Shown here one piece after another: positions 1 through 12,843 of a stretch of DNA of 64,000 nt. The stretch covers positions 75,695 through 139,694 of the forward strand of contig CAVVHG010000013.1 in the NCBI GenBank assembly GCA_963747985.1, given 5' to 3'. Positions within the stretch are counted from its first letter, which is position 1, and the number at the start of each line of letters is the position of its first letter. The position numbers and the translations under genes are program-made. This DNA comes from an uncultured Acidobacteriota bacterium. Lineage in GTDB: Bacteria; Acidobacteriota; UBA6911. The notes beneath the pieces were generated by a model. It made no database searches and was not told where the DNA came from. It worked only from the letters and a program-made list of their open reading frames with translations.

Positions 1-330
1 CTGCTTGACAAGCAGATTTCCCTCGCCAGCATGGTACAGCGAACCGAAGGATACAGCCGCGAGAAGGAACCCGAGATCCAGGACGTCGCTGACATGGCCG
101 TCGAGTCCTACACGAAGGAGTTCAATTTCGGCAAGAGCTCGGGGGACCGGCGTGTCCTGCAGCTGATCCGCGAGGCCCTGGAGCGGATGGAGAACAAGAC
201 CTACGGAGCGTGCGTCCACTGCGAGAACCCGATTCAACCCAAGAGGCTCGATGCCGTGCCGTGGACGCAGCACTGCCTCGAGTGCCAGGCGCTGCTCGAA
301 AAAGGTCTTCTGGACAACAACGAAGGTTGA
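1..330 (+). CDS. TraR/DksA family C4 zinc-finger regulator (probably 5'-truncated by the window edge)
   Basis: Frame is open from base 1; DVAD coiled-coil tip, then YGACVHC...RLDAVPW..HCLECQ zinc finger. Confidence 0.9.
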   Translation: MLDKQISLASMVQRTEGYSREKEPEIQDVADMAVESYTKEFNFGKSSGDRRVLQLIREALERMENKTYGACVHCENPIQPKRLDAVPWTQHCLECQALLEKGLLDNNEG

Positions 331-1145
331 TTCTTCCGGACTCTACCCCGGTGAGTTCGAAGCCTGCCTTGCCCTCTCACAGGCACCTGCCCGTTTCTCG
401 CATCAGCCGGGCCTGTGACGGTATCCTCAACCTGGTCTTCCCGGACCGGTGCTTCCTCTGCGCCGCCCCGGTGGCCCGCCTGCGCGACTGCAGCATTTGC
501 GGCGACTGTTGGGGAAAAGCAGTCAGCCTGCGCCTGAATCCCCCGTGGTGCCCTTCGTGCGGCCTGCCATTTCAGATGCCCTTGACCGATGAGGGACACC
601 TCTGCGGCGCGTGCAGCGTCCAAACGCCGCCGTTTTCGGGTGCCAGGTCCTTCGGATATTATGCCGCCCAATTGAGCCGGCTCGTGCAGGGATTCAAGTT
701 CGAGCGGCGGAGGAATCTCGCAAAACCTCTTGCGTCGCTCCTTGCCGCAGCCTGCCTGGAAACCTGGCGGAGGGAGGCGTTCGATCTCGTTGTCCCGGTT
801 CCTCTCCATCCGCGTCGCAGGCGTGAGCGCGGTTTCAACCAGGCGGCTCTGCTGGCAGCGGCTCTTCAGGAGCAACTGATATTGCCTTACTCGGAGTCGC
901 CGCTCTCCCGTGTGCGGGACACCCTCCCGCAGGTTGGCCTGTCCGATGCCGAGAGGAGCCGCAATCTGCGATCCGCGTTCCGCTGCGATCGACCCGGTCT
1001 GGTTCGGAGCAAGCGCGTGCTGCTGGTCGATGACGTAATGACCACGGGCGCCACCGCGTCGAGCGCCACGGAAGCCCTGCTCGCGGCCGGGGCACGTTCG
1101 GTTTCCATCCTCACCGTGGCACGGGCCGTCCCGGGAATTGGATGA
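327..1145 (+). CDS. comF: ComF family protein (double zinc ribbon + phosphoribosyltransferase domain)
   Basis: Repeated CxxC motifs, VPLH...RGFNQA, LLVDDVMTTGAT; start uncertain (TTG 327 or GTG 351). Confidence 0.9.
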   Translation: MILPDSTPVSSKPALPSHRHLPVSRISRACDGILNLVFPDRCFLCAAPVARLRDCSICGDCWGKAVSLRLNPPWCPSCGLPFQMPLTDEGHLCGACSVQTPPFSGARSFGYYAAQLSRLVQGFKFERRRNLAKPLASLLAAACLETWRREAFDLVVPVPLHPRRRRERGFNQAALLAAALQEQLILPYSESPLSRVRDTLPQVGLSDAERSRNLRSAFRCDRPGLVRSKRVLLVDDVMTTGATASSATEALLAAGARSVSILTVARAVPGIG

Positions 1146-1238
1146 GACCGACTGTCGTTCGCCGCAAAACTCGATCCACCGCCACATCCCGTCCGACCTC
1201 AGCGGTCAGACGCTCTTCGGTCGAGTTCTGCGTGGCTT

Positions 1239-1334
1239 CGATGTCGGCATCGGAATCGGAGACGCAACCGGTATCGGCATTCGGAAGCCCACGGGTCTCG
1301 GAATCACGTTCGCATCGGATCGATACCGATCCCG
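1239..1334. repeat. Inverted hexamer-array element, (CGNNAT)n family, copy 1
   Basis: Left arm CGATGT CGGCAT CGGAAT CGGAGA CGCAAC CGGTAT CGGCAT; short right arm ATCGAT ACCGAT CCCG; lies between convergent genes. Confidence 0.75.
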
Positions 1335-1397
1335 GGCGTAGTTACGATTGGCCGCACGGTGCAGCGAGGGCCAAAGCCGCGCTGCAGACGTACCCGG

Positions 1398-1802
1398 TCA
1401 CTTGTCCGGCGGAGGCGGAGGATGGTTGCCCCTGCGCTTGTCGAGTTCTTTGAAGAACTCATCAAGGCGGGGCTTCTGGTCTGCGCGGAGCACCTGGCGG
1501 ATCTGATCGCGGGTCTGACGCCTGATTTCCAGATACTGGGGATGCACCTGCTCGGAGAGAGTCCGGAACCGTTCCCTGCTCTCGGCGATTATCGCCTCGA
1601 GTTTCGCTTTCTGCGACGAGTCCAGGGAGAGCGCCTGTGCCAGTTCCTCGACGATGTGGTGGGGACTGGGTGGTCTGCCTCCGTCCCTGCCGATGGCAGC
1701 GCCTGACCGGCGCGCGTAGAGGTAGTACCCCAGCGCACCCGTGATGCCGCCGAGAATGAACGTCAACAACAGAACCAAGGTGGCGCTGGTTTTTGTCTTC
1801 AT
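1398..1802 (-). CDS. Membrane-anchored helical periplasmic protein, Spy/CpxP-like
   Basis: N-terminal hydrophobic helix, LSLDSSQKAKL and VLRADQK motifs, Pro-rich tail; follows an anti-sigma gene. Confidence 0.7.
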   Translation of the reverse strand: MKTKTSATLVLLLTFILGGITGALGYYLYARRSGAAIGRDGGRPPSPHHIVEELAQALSLDSSQKAKLEAIIAESRERFRTLSEQVHPQYLEIRRQTRDQIRQVLRADQKPRLDEFFKELDKRRGNHPPPPPDK

Positions 1803-1825
1803 ATCACTCAGTGGCCTTCCGGGAT

Positions 1826-2329
1826 CTATTTGACGGGTACCGCGTTGAGATACCTGCCGCCCTGCTCCTGCTCTGCCAGCGTGTAGAGTACGACGTCATC
1901 GGTAATGTCGCCGCGCTCAGCCCGGATGATTTGCTCCGGGCGGGTGGTCGGCGTAAAGATCCTCTCGTAGGACTGGTAGACGTCCGATTTGGGGACGGAC
2001 AGCTGAGCGTACAAGAAGGCAGTAATAATCATCAGCGTGACGGCGCCAAGCGGCAGCAGGACCTGCCGCGACAGCCCCATTACGATCTGCCAGAAGGCGT
2101 TTCGGCGCACCTCCGGCTCTAGGTTTGCCTTGATCCTCTGGTAGAGATACGGAGAAGGTTTGGGCACGGGCAGGAACCTGCTGACCCTTCGTGGAATTGC
2201 CAAGAGTTGCAGTTCCCGGGTGCAGGAGTAGCAGACAGAGAGATGTGCGTCGAGCAGGCTCGCCTGAGCAGGAGGGAGCTCACCATCGATCCTGCGCGAC
2301 AGCCATTTACCAGCTTCCCTGCAGTTCAT
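1826..2329 (-). CDS. zf-HC2 anti-sigma factor with transmembrane helix
   Basis: MNC...DGEL...HLSVCYSC (HxxxCxxC) followed by a hydrophobic segment. Confidence 0.85.
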   Translation of the reverse strand: MNCREAGKWLSRRIDGELPPAQASLLDAHLSVCYSCTRELQLLAIPRRVSRFLPVPKPSPYLYQRIKANLEPEVRRNAFWQIVMGLSRQVLLPLGAVTLMIITAFLYAQLSVPKSDVYQSYERIFTPTTRPEQIIRAERGDITDDVVLYTLAEQEQGGRYLNAVPVK

Positions 2330-2353
2330 CCTCGTATCCTCTCACTCATAGAA

Positions 2354-2379
2354 TACGTTCCCGGGAAGCGCATATTTCA
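2354..2379 (-). promoter_or_regulatory. ECF sigma (SigW-type) promoter candidate
   Basis: Minus strand TGAAAT-N16-CGTA, 24 nt upstream of the anti-sigma ATG. Confidence 0.6.
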
Positions 2380-2411
2380 CTCCCGTTTCGGGGCTTATCG
2401 TCAGAAACGGC

Positions 2412-2440
2412 CCCGTCTGTAAACGGATTCAGCAGACGGG
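2412..2440 (-). terminator. Hairpin immediately after the queA stop
   Basis: CCCGTCTG...CAGACGGG 8-bp stem; no strong U tract. Confidence 0.4.
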
Positions 2441-3484
2441 CTAGACTATAAGCATTGCATCGCCATAGCTATAGAAGCGATACCCCCGGTCCCGGGCCTC
2501 ACCGTAGCACTCGAGCATCAAGTCCCGCCCTGCGAAGGCGCTGGCGAGCAGAAAGGGGGTCGATTTTGGCAGGTGGAAGTTGGTGAGCAGGCCATCGAGG
2601 ATCCGGAATCTGAATCCGGGGTAAATAAACAGGTCACACATTCCGGACGCCCCTTCCGCAGGCAGGTCGCCGTCCCGGGTGAGATATTCCAGCACCCGGG
2701 TGGTGGTAGTGCCGACCGCGATGAGCCTCCGCCCGGAAGCCCTGAGGGCCCGAATGGTGGTGGCGGACTCCTTGCTCACCTCGAAATACTCGGGCAGCAT
2801 CCTGTGGCTGCCGATCTCAGCAGCACGGATGGGCTGAAAGGTTCCATAGCCGACATGGAGCAGGATTTCGCAGCGGGCAATCCCCCCGGCTTCCAGGCGC
2901 TCGAGCAGTTCTCCAGTGAAGTGCAACCCGGCGGTCGGCGCCGCAATCGATCCTGTCCGTTTCGCATAGACGGTCTGATAGCGCAACAGGTCTTCCGTGC
3001 GGAGGCTCTGGTCCGACCGGTGGATGTAGGGTGGAAGCGGCACTTCCCCTATGCGCTCCGTGGCCCCGATCACATCGGGGTTTCCCTCGAAAGCCAGAAT
3101 CCTCAGACCCGGGCCAGAGACAGCCGCGACCTTGGCCGTAAGCTGCTCTATTTCAATAACTTGTCCAACAGGAGCTTTTCGCGACGGCTTGACCAGCGTC
3201 AACCACTGACCGGCTTCGACTTCCCTGACCAGGAGCAGCTCGATCGACTCGTTCCTGCCCGGCCGCCGCCCGCGGAGGCGGGCCGGGAAGACGCGCGAGT
3301 TGTTCATCACCAGGAAGTGCTCCGAGGTCAAGATTTCGGGCAGTTCATGAAACGACCTGTGCTCCCAGCGCCGTTCGCCGCGCCTCACCACCATGAGCCG
3401 TGATTGTGCACGCTCCGGCGTCGGCCGCTGTGCTATCAGGTTTTCCGGTATGTCGAAATCGAAGTCGCTGAGCTTCACTGCCAT
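2441..3484 (-). CDS. queA: S-adenosylmethionine:tRNA ribosyltransferase-isomerase
   Basis: LSDFDF..P...IAQ, PLPPYI, YQTVYA, GSIAAPTAGLHFT, TNFHLPKST, YRFYSYGDAM. Confidence 0.98.
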   Translation of the reverse strand: MAVKLSDFDFDIPENLIAQRPTPERAQSRLMVVRRGERRWEHRSFHELPEILTSEHFLVMNNSRVFPARLRGRRPGRNESIELLLVREVEAGQWLTLVKPSRKAPVGQVIEIEQLTAKVAAVSGPGLRILAFEGNPDVIGATERIGEVPLPPYIHRSDQSLRTEDLLRYQTVYAKRTGSIAAPTAGLHFTGELLERLEAGGIARCEILLHVGYGTFQPIRAAEIGSHRMLPEYFEVSKESATTIRALRASGRRLIAVGTTTTRVLEYLTRDGDLPAEGASGMCDLFIYPGFRFRILDGLLTNFHLPKSTPFLLASAFAGRDLMLECYGEARDRGYRFYSYGDAMLIV

Positions 3485-4401
3485 TTGTCAGCGGGAGGGG
3501 GAAAACTGCGTATCCTGTGGGACTGTCCTCCGGCACTTGCCGGAACTGCATGCGCTTCGTGATCCGGGTGCCGGTGGCGGATTGAGGGCCTGTGCCATTG
3601 CGCCGAAAAGTTGGCGCCGAAGAGCAAGATCAGGTTTGATGTGTAGATCCACGTGAGCAAAGCCACGATGACTCCGCCTCGTCCGTAAATCCGCTGGTAG
3701 TCGAAAAATGGCACGAGCATCCCGAAGATGTAGTTGCCGAGTTCCCAGAGCACAGCCGCGGCCACGGCCCCGGAGAACGCTTCGATCCAACGAACCTTCC
3801 TGTCGGGGAGCAGCTTGTAAATCAGCCAGAAGACCAGGACTGCGACCACGAACCCGGAACCCACAAGAGTAACTGACCAGGCCCAGTGGCCCATCGGGTG
3901 CTTGGATCGGAGCCGTGCCGAGCTCTCGCTCGCGGTAATCACGGCAGAAGCAACCAGGAGCAGGCCCGCAAGGATCATCAGCAATGTGCTGCGCACCCGG
4001 CTCTGCCAGAAACTGCGCCGGCGCGGGGCGCCCCAGGCCCGGTTGAGCCCGTTTTCGATAAACGTGAATACCCAGGTGGAGGTCCATCCGAGAAGCACCA
4101 GGCACGATAACAGGAGGGCCGGGGACGGATCGGCGATTTCCGAGATCGTGGAAACCAGGGAGCTACCCAGCCCGGGGAAAAGCGCGACTATCTGCCGGAG
4201 CACTGGTTTTCGCAGGCTGACCCAGCCGAGAACCGCATCAACCACGGACACCACCACGAGCACGGATGGGAAGACCGTGAAGAGGAAGAAGTAGGAGATC
4301 GCCGCGGCGTCCCGCGCAGTGTCCACCGTCGCCATGGCATGCGACGCGTCCCGCAGGGCAACGCCGATTCGCCTGAAAAGACCCGTTCGGACCCCCGTCA
4401 T
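3475..4401 (-). CDS. YihY/virulence factor BrkB family membrane protein
   Basis: AAAISYFFLFTVFP, LNRAW, YKLLP, YG..G..VALLTWIY; multiple TM helices. Confidence 0.88.
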   Translation of the reverse strand: MTGVRTGLFRRIGVALRDASHAMATVDTARDAAAISYFFLFTVFPSVLVVVSVVDAVLGWVSLRKPVLRQIVALFPGLGSSLVSTISEIADPSPALLLSCLVLLGWTSTWVFTFIENGLNRAWGAPRRRSFWQSRVRSTLLMILAGLLLVASAVITASESSARLRSKHPMGHWAWSVTLVGSGFVVAVLVFWLIYKLLPDRKVRWIEAFSGAVAAAVLWELGNYIFGMLVPFFDYQRIYGRGGVIVALLTWIYTSNLILLFGANFSAQWHRPSIRHRHPDHEAHAVPASAGGQSHRIRSFPPPADKWQ

Positions 4402-4591
4402 GGCAGAAGTGTAGCCATTGCAGGCGGTTGTGTAAAGTGGATGTCAGGCGGATGAGCCCTGGACGGGCCGGCTGCGCTGCAACGCACCGACCCATTCACG
4501 CAAGGCTCCGGCCGATCATCGAGGCAATCCTGTGATAGCATAATCCCGATACTGATAGCTTCATGACTGCGGGCGGGGCAAGAGGTGCGCT

Positions 4592-5146
4592 ATGCAAGAT
4601 CTCATTCGCAAGATCCTGGTGGAATTGGGTGAAGACCCGGACCGCGACGGTCTGAAAGACACACCTGATCGAATCGACAAGGCACTCCGATTCCTGACTA
4701 GCGGCTACGCCATGGACACCAAGTCCGTGCTGAACGATGCCCTTTTCGAGGTTAAGTACGACGAAATGGTGATCGTTACGAACATCGATTTCTTCAGCAT
4801 GTGCGAGCACCATCTCCTTCCTTTCTTTGGCAAATGCCATGTGGCTTACATCCCCGATCGGAGGGTTGTCGGCTTGAGCAAGATTGCTCGGTTGGTGGAG
4901 GTCTACAGCCGGCGACTGCAGGTTCAGGAACGCATGACCAGGCAGATCGCTGAGACGATCGAAGAGTCGATCACGCCTCAGGGGGTCGGCGTGGTGGTGG
5001 AAGCTCAGCACATGTGCATGATGATGAGAGGGGTTGAAAAGCAGAATTCGCGCGCCGTGACCAGCGCGATGCTGGGATCCTTCAAGCGCCAGGAAACCCG
5101 CATGGAATTCCTCGACCTGATCATGCGCCCAGGGAATAGGGGATAA
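4592..5146 (+). CDS. folE: GTP cyclohydrolase I
   Basis: [47 protein letters not shown]. Confidence 0.98.
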   Translation: MQDLIRKILVELGEDPDRDGLKDTPDRIDKALRFLTSGYAMDTKSVLNDALFEVKYDEMVIVTNIDFFSMCEHHLLPFFGKCHVAYIPDRRVVGLSKIARLVEVYSRRLQVQERMTRQIAETIEESITPQGVGVVVEAQHMCMMMRGVEKQNSRAVTSAMLGSFKRQETRMEFLDLIMRPGNRG

Positions 5147-6500
5147 CCTCGTCCGGCTGGCGGGTCCGCGATGGGAGCTCCACGAAAAGCGGACCACCCC
5201 GGAGAATCTCCCACAGCATCAAACCATACATCGGCAGGTACTCAACCAGCAGCACCCATGCGGGTTCGTGTACGGGTCGGTATGCGTAGGCGAAGTAAGT
5301 CAGGAAGACGGCGCCGGTCCAATAGATCATGAAGGCATAGGGGAAGAGGAAGAGAGCGACCGCTGCCCATGACAGGTACCACGGGTGAACCGTCGTTGCC
5401 AGACAGAGGTCGGCGGTAGCGACCCAGAAGACAGCGTGCAGGAGGCCGCATTCATCCTTCATGGGGAACCTCCACCAAATCAGAGCCGCGAGCACCAGGA
5501 ATGCGGCTGCCAGGAAGGGGCCGGCAAGCTGCTCCCAACTTTGCTCTGCCAGCGTCCGGCCGAGAAAGACGAACAGATAGTGGAAGCTGGCATTGAACTC
5601 GAAGAGCCGGACGTAGGCTTGAAGAGACTTGAGGTAGGAGATCAGTGAGGAAGGGGTGAAGAACAGCGATACCAACAGGAACCCGGCCGCGGCCCCGACC
5701 GTCGCGGCTTTGAGGCCGGCTCGCCGAACGAACAACGGGAACCAGAAGGCAGGGTGCAGCTTGGACAGGACGGCTCCGGCGTACGCAACCATCGCGGCCG
5801 ACCTCCTCCGCCGGTAGAGAAGGTATACGGACAGCAGGGTCAGGAACATCATCAGGCTTTCGGAGTGGCCCGAGTGCGAGAACTCGAAGATGAAAAACGG
5901 GTTCCAGGCCATCAGGTAAAGCGGTTCCAGACTGCGTCCATGAGCAATCAGCAACCTCCACGCGATAATCACGGACAGGAATTCGAGCAGCGAAAACATC
6001 GCCTTCAAGGCCGTCACACTTTCTCCGAACAGGGAATAGGAGATGCGAAACAGCGCCTGGGAAAGCGGTGGATAGGCCGTCCGGTGGGGCTTGGAGTTAA
6101 GCGGCGGAAAAATCGCAGTGTTCGAAAGCGGTGTCAGTTCAGGTGCCGACGGAGGATAGGCGTAAGGATCGATCCCGTGTGCGGCAACTCTCGCATCCCA
6201 AAGGTATCGATAGATGTCTTCACTTTGGTCGGGTGGTGCGGGGATCAGCGTGAGGCGGAATGCCAGACCGAAAGCCAACATGAGAATCGTTGTGAGGCGG
6301 TCGGGGACGGGGACGCTCAGGAAGCAGCAAAGGCAGATCGCAAACGCTGCCAGCATCAGACCGATGAATGCCTCGGAGTTGTCCCTGAGCGGTTGCAGGG
6401 TCCAGGTGGCGATCCAGATAGATTCCAGAGCAACCCCTGCAAGACACAGTGGAGCCAATCGCCTGAGCACCGTGCCACTATAGCACCGATCGTCGGCCAA
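5121..6500 (-). CDS. Integral membrane GT-C glycosyltransferase (GT87/DUF2029-like)
   Basis: [17 protein letters not shown]...E...GH.E, TVHPWY; many TM helices; start uncertain. Confidence 0.8.
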   Translation of the reverse strand: MADDRCYSGTVLRRLAPLCLAGVALESIWIATWTLQPLRDNSEAFIGLMLAAFAICLCCFLSVPVPDRLTTILMLAFGLAFRLTLIPAPPDQSEDIYRYLWDARVAAHGIDPYAYPPSAPELTPLSNTAIFPPLNSKPHRTAYPPLSQALFRISYSLFGESVTALKAMFSLLEFLSVIIAWRLLIAHGRSLEPLYLMAWNPFFIFEFSHSGHSESLMMFLTLLSVYLLYRRRRSAAMVAYAGAVLSKLHPAFWFPLFVRRAGLKAATVGAAAGFLLVSLFFTPSSLISYLKSLQAYVRLFEFNASFHYLFVFLGRTLAEQSWEQLAGPFLAAAFLVLAALIWWRFPMKDECGLLHAVFWVATADLCLATTVHPWYLSWAAVALFLFPYAFMIYWTGAVFLTYFAYAYRPVHEPAWVLLVEYLPMYGLMLWEILRGGPLFVELPSRTRQPDEVIPYSLGA

Positions 6501-6509
6501 ACGCCCAAG

Positions 6510-6570
6510 CCAGTCTTCAGCAGTCAGCTGTCAGTCGTCGGCCTCCTGACGGCTGATTGCTGAAGGCTGG
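6510..6570. repeat. Inverted heptamer-array element, (CAGNNNT)n family
   Basis: 25-nt arms CCAGTCTTCAGCAGTCAGCTGTCAG / CTGACGGCTGATTGCTGAAGGCTGG, 22/25 Watson-Crick, 11-nt spacer. Confidence 0.85.
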
Positions 6571-6596
6571 TAGCCTTGTGCGTCGACCGATGTTTC

Positions 6597-6625
6597 TTGA
6601 TCACCGGAAGCCCTTGTGATAGTTT
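6597..6625 (+). promoter_or_regulatory. Sigma70-type promoter candidate for the atp operon
   Basis: TTGATC-N17-TAGTTT with a TG extension. Confidence 0.45.
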
Positions 6626-6703
6626 GTACGATTCATTTTCGATGCTGAACGCTCATTCAGAAGGCGTTGACTATCAAGGCTTTCGGGAAACCTCGACGGT
6701 GCG

Positions 6704-7129
6704 ATGATCGGGATTGATTCTTCCTTAATTGCGGCTGTTCTGATCTTCCTCTCGGTTGTCTTTGCCTTGAACTATATCCTGCTGCGCCCGCTCAACCGGG
6801 TGCTCGAAGAGCGCGCCGCCAGGACAACGGGCGTAGTGGAAAAGGCAAATGGCGACATGAGCCGCTCGGTCGAACTGTTCGGCCAGTACCAGGCTGCGCT
6901 TAAGGCGGCCCGGATTGAGGGGTATCGGCGCATGGAAACGGTGCGATCCGAAGCTCTCAAGAAACGCGCCGACGCTCTGGCGGAGGCGCGCGCGAAGGCC
7001 GAGCAGATGATCAGGGAATCGCGGGTCGCCATCCATAGCCAGGCAGAAGAGTCGAAATCGCGCCTGGGCCGCGACGTGGACGAAATAGCGCAGGCCATCG
7101 CGGCTTCGATCCTCGGCAGGCCTGTCTGA
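6704..7129 (+). CDS. ATP synthase F0 subunit b'
   Basis: N-terminal TM helix, LRPLNRVLEER, long coiled coil; first gene of the atp cluster. Confidence 0.9.
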   Translation: MIGIDSSLIAAVLIFLSVVFALNYILLRPLNRVLEERAARTTGVVEKANGDMSRSVELFGQYQAALKAARIEGYRRMETVRSEALKKRADALAEARAKAEQMIRESRVAIHSQAEESKSRLGRDVDEIAQAIAASILGRPV

Positions 7130-7176
7130 GAACGCGAGGTTCAGTCGCCAGGCGCGCGCCTGCGGACCAGGAGACC

Positions 7177-7788
7177 GTGCTGCGGTACCGGATGACTCTG
7201 ACAATGAGACTGAAAACACTCAGGGTTATGTTGCCCGTCCTGCTTGTGCTGGCGGGGTGTCTCCTGGGCGCCAGACCTCTCCTCGCCGCCGAGGGAAGCG
7301 GGGGAGGATGGGGGATCTGGCTGTTTGTCGGCCGCCTTTTCAACCTGGCCGTGGTAGTCGCGTTGCTGGTCTGGGTTGCGCGCAAACCGCTGGCCAACTT
7401 TTATGCCAGCCGCTCCGAGTCGATCCGCGAGCAGCTCGCGGAGGCACAGCGCGCTCGCGCGGAGGCTGAAGCCAAACTGGCGGAAATAGAGGCAAGGATG
7501 AGCCGCCTTGACCGGGAACTTGTCGAGATGAAGGCGGCGGCAGAGAAGGATGCCGAACTGGAATACAAGCGCCTCGTCGAAGCCGCGGATGAGGAGTCCC
7601 GGAAGCTCATCGGGAAGGCAAAAGAGGAAATCGACGGCATCACCCGCGAAGCGTATCTGGACCTGAAGGCGCATGCGGCGGAATTGGCTGTCAGCCTGGC
7701 GGGCCAGAAGATCAAGGGCCAGATCACGGAGGAAGACCGCCGCCGCCTTTTCGAGAGCTTCCTGGCCGGCCTGGAGGACACGAAGTGA
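7177..7788 (+). CDS. atpF: ATP synthase F0 subunit b
   Basis: TM helix RLFNLAVVVALLVWVARKPL followed by a coiled coil; start uncertain. Confidence 0.9.
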   Translation: MLRYRMTLTMRLKTLRVMLPVLLVLAGCLLGARPLLAAEGSGGGWGIWLFVGRLFNLAVVVALLVWVARKPLANFYASRSESIREQLAEAQRARAEAEAKLAEIEARMSRLDRELVEMKAAAEKDAELEYKRLVEAADEESRKLIGKAKEEIDGITREAYLDLKAHAAELAVSLAGQKIKGQITEEDRRRLFESFLAGLEDTK

Positions 7789-8327
7789 TCCCCTCATCCC
7801 TGTACGCGTCTTACTCGCGGGCGCTTGCCGATGTGGCGCTGGAGAAAGGTTCGGAGCCTGCGGTGACGAAGGACCTCACGGTCTACAGGCAGATATTCCT
7901 GGAAGTGCCCGAGGTAGGGGCAGCTCTTCACAACCCGGCGATCCCGAAAGCCGCCAAGGAGAGAGTGCTCTCCGCCCTGATGGGAATGTATCCCGTGGAT
8001 TCCACAACGGGCAACTTCATGCGCGTGCTGCTCGACCACAACCGTTTCGCATATTTCGGCGAGATCGTCGACTTCTACTTCCGGACCCTGGATGAGCGCA
8101 ACGGGATCGTGCCGGCGTTGGCCACGGTCGCCTCCCCCCTCACGGAAGCGCAGGCGGAAGGCCTCCGCAAGGATATCTCCGAGGTCACAGGCCATAGAGT
8201 CAAGCTGGAGGTTCGTCCGGACCCGGGGCTGATAGGAGGGGTTGTACTGCAGCTGGGAAGCACGGTTTACGACGGGTCCATCCGCAAGCAACTCGAGAAC
8301 ATCAGGCAGCGTTTGACCTCCTGTTGA
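7785..8327 (+). CDS. atpH: ATP synthase F1 subunit delta
   Basis: [32 protein letters not shown]. Confidence 0.95.
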   Translation: MIPSSLYASYSRALADVALEKGSEPAVTKDLTVYRQIFLEVPEVGAALHNPAIPKAAKERVLSALMGMYPVDSTTGNFMRVLLDHNRFAYFGEIVDFYFRTLDERNGIVPALATVASPLTEAQAEGLRKDISEVTGHRVKLEVRPDPGLIGGVVLQLGSTVYDGSIRKQLENIRQRLTSC

Positions 8328-8427
8328 GGAGCGAATCCGGCGGGCCACCTCCCCCTGCGAACGGCCAGCACGGTGCGAGCGGAAGGGAGGCCGAAGGGGA
8401 TGGAAGAAATCATCAAGGAACCGACCT

Positions 8428-9954
8428 ATGCAGATCAGAGCAGATGAAATCAGCAAGATCCTCCGGGATCAGATCAAGGACTATGAGGCCGGCGTCGTCG
8501 TCAGCGAGGTTGGAACGGTCATATCCGTTGGTGACGGCATCGCCCGCATCCACGGGCTGGACAAGTGCATGTACGGCGAGCTCCTGGACTTTCCCCATGA
8601 TGTCAAGGGCATCGCCCTCAACCTGGAGGAGGACAACGTCGGAGCGGTGCTGTTCGGCGAATTCACCCGGGTAGGAGAAGGCGATATCGTCGAGCGCACG
8701 AAGCGCATCATGTCGGTTCCGGTCGGCCCGGGCATTGTCGGGCGGGTGGTCAATGCGCTCGGTGAGCCGATAGACGACCGCGGCCCCATTACCGGCACCG
8801 AGTTCTCTCCCATCGAACGGCTGGCTCCCGGCGTGGTGGATCGCCAGCCCGTGAAGGAAGCGCTCCAGACCGGACTGAAGGCGATCGACGCCATGATCCC
8901 GATCGGGCGCGGCCAGCGCGAGCTGATAATCGGCGACCGGCAGACGGGAAAGACGGCAATCGCGGTCGACACGATCATCAACCAGAAGAATACCGACGTT
9001 ATCTGCATTTATGTCGCCATCGGGCAGAAGCGATCGACCGTAGCCCAGGTAGTGAAGACCCTCAGCGATTACGAGGTGATGGATAAGACCATCGTCATCT
9101 CCGCATCTGCTTCTGACCCGGCGACGATGCAGTACATAGCCCCTTACAGCGGTTGTGCGATGGGGGAGTATTTCCGCGACCGCGGACAACATGCACTCGT
9201 GATCTACGACGATCTCTCCAAGCACGCTGCCGCATACAGGGAGATCTCGCTTCTGCTGCGGCGACCGCCCGGCCGGGAGGCGTTCCCCGGGGATGTATTC
9301 TACCTTCATTCGCGATTGCTCGAGAGAGCCGCAAAGTTGAACGCCCAAAACGGCGGTGGGTCTCTGACCGCGCTCCCGGTCATTGAAACGCAGGCGGGCG
9401 ACCTGTCAGCCTACATCCCGACCAACGTCATCTCCATCACCGACGGCCAGATCTTCCTCGAGTCCGACCTGTTCCATGCCGGGGTCCGCCCGGCGATCAA
9501 TGCGGGTGCCTCCGTGAGCCGCGTAGGAGGAAACGCACAGATCAAAGCCATGCGACAGGTGGCAGGAACGCTGCGGCTGGAGCTGGCGCAGTACCGGGAA
9601 CTGGCGGCCTTTGCGCAGTTCGGCTCGGACCTGGACAAGGCAACCCAGGCTCAGCTCGCCCGGGGGGAGCGGCTGACGGAGATCCTCAAGCAGAATCAAT
9701 TCCAGCCGCTCGACGTCGTGAAGCAGATCATCATTATCTTCGCCGCCACGCAAGGCTTTGTCGATGACCTGCCTGTGAGCGCGATCCGCTCCTTCGAGAT
9801 TGAGCTATACAAGTTCCTGGATTCAGCCAGGACGCAACTGATGCAGAAGATCGCCACGGAAAGAGTCCTGAGCGACTCGTTGCGATCCGAGCTTCAGTCT
9901 GCGCTGAAGGAGTTCAAAGAGAAGTTCATGGCCGAGAGGGCCGGCACCCAGTAA
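8428..9954 (+). CDS. atpA: ATP synthase F1 subunit alpha
   Basis: GDRQTGKT Walker [25 protein letters not shown]. Confidence 0.99.
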   Translation: MQIRADEISKILRDQIKDYEAGVVVSEVGTVISVGDGIARIHGLDKCMYGELLDFPHDVKGIALNLEEDNVGAVLFGEFTRVGEGDIVERTKRIMSVPVGPGIVGRVVNALGEPIDDRGPITGTEFSPIERLAPGVVDRQPVKEALQTGLKAIDAMIPIGRGQRELIIGDRQTGKTAIAVDTIINQKNTDVICIYVAIGQKRSTVAQVVKTLSDYEVMDKTIVISASASDPATMQYIAPYSGCAMGEYFRDRGQHALVIYDDLSKHAAAYREISLLLRRPPGREAFPGDVFYLHSRLLERAAKLNAQNGGGSLTALPVIETQAGDLSAYIPTNVISITDGQIFLESDLFHAGVRPAINAGASVSRVGGNAQIKAMRQVAGTLRLELAQYRELAAFAQFGSDLDKATQAQLARGERLTEILKQNQFQPLDVVKQIIIIFAATQGFVDDLPVSAIRSFEIELYKFLDSARTQLMQKIATERVLSDSLRSELQSALKEFKEKFMAERAGTQ

Positions 9955-9968
9955 GCCCCCGAATCACG

Positions 9969-12336
<2,368 letters not shown>

Positions 12337-12408
12337 CACCGGCCCGTCCGAGGCACGGCCGTAAGGCCGGCAGGACGATGAGGAAACGTTCTACCGGGAA
12401 TCGAAAAA

Positions 12409-12843
12409 ATGGCACTGCCCCAGAAGATAGACTTGAGGATAGCGACCGCGGAGCGTTTGTTGTTCAGCGGTCTCGTCGATGCAGTGACCGTCCCTTCCAC
12501 GAAGGGCTACCTCGGCATACTGCCCGGCCACGCACCGCTGCTGACGGAACTGGGCATAGGCAACATCAGCTATACGATCGGAACCCGCACCGAGTTTCTC
12601 TCTTGTGCCTGGGGTTTCCTCGAAGTGCTTCCCGAGCGTGTGATCGTCCTCGCCCAAACGGCTGAACTGGCCCGCGACGTCGACCGCGCCCGCGCGGAGC
12701 AGGCCCGTTCCAGGGCGGAGCAGCGCCTGTTCTCCAAGGATCCGGATATCGATTTCGTCCGGGCCCAGCTCGCCCTGCTGCGCGCAATCTCCCGCCTGGA
12801 CGCCGTGCGCATGCATGAGCGCGTGGGCCCCGCCGTGAAGTAG
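12409..12843 (+). CDS. atpC: ATP synthase F1 subunit epsilon
   Basis: GYLGILPGHAPLLTEL, C-terminal helical hairpin. Confidence 0.97.
   Translation: MALPQKIDLRIATAERLLFSGLVDAVTVPSTKGYLGILPGHAPLLTELGIGNISYTIGTRTEFLSCAWGFLEVLPERVIVLAQTAELARDVDRARAEQARSRAEQRLFSKDPDIDFVRAQLALLRAISRLDAVRMHERVGPAVK

Noticed and set aside
2441-5146. queA and folE proximity as a queuosine cluster
   Set aside because: They are divergent, separated by yihY, and no other que genes are present; may be coincidental
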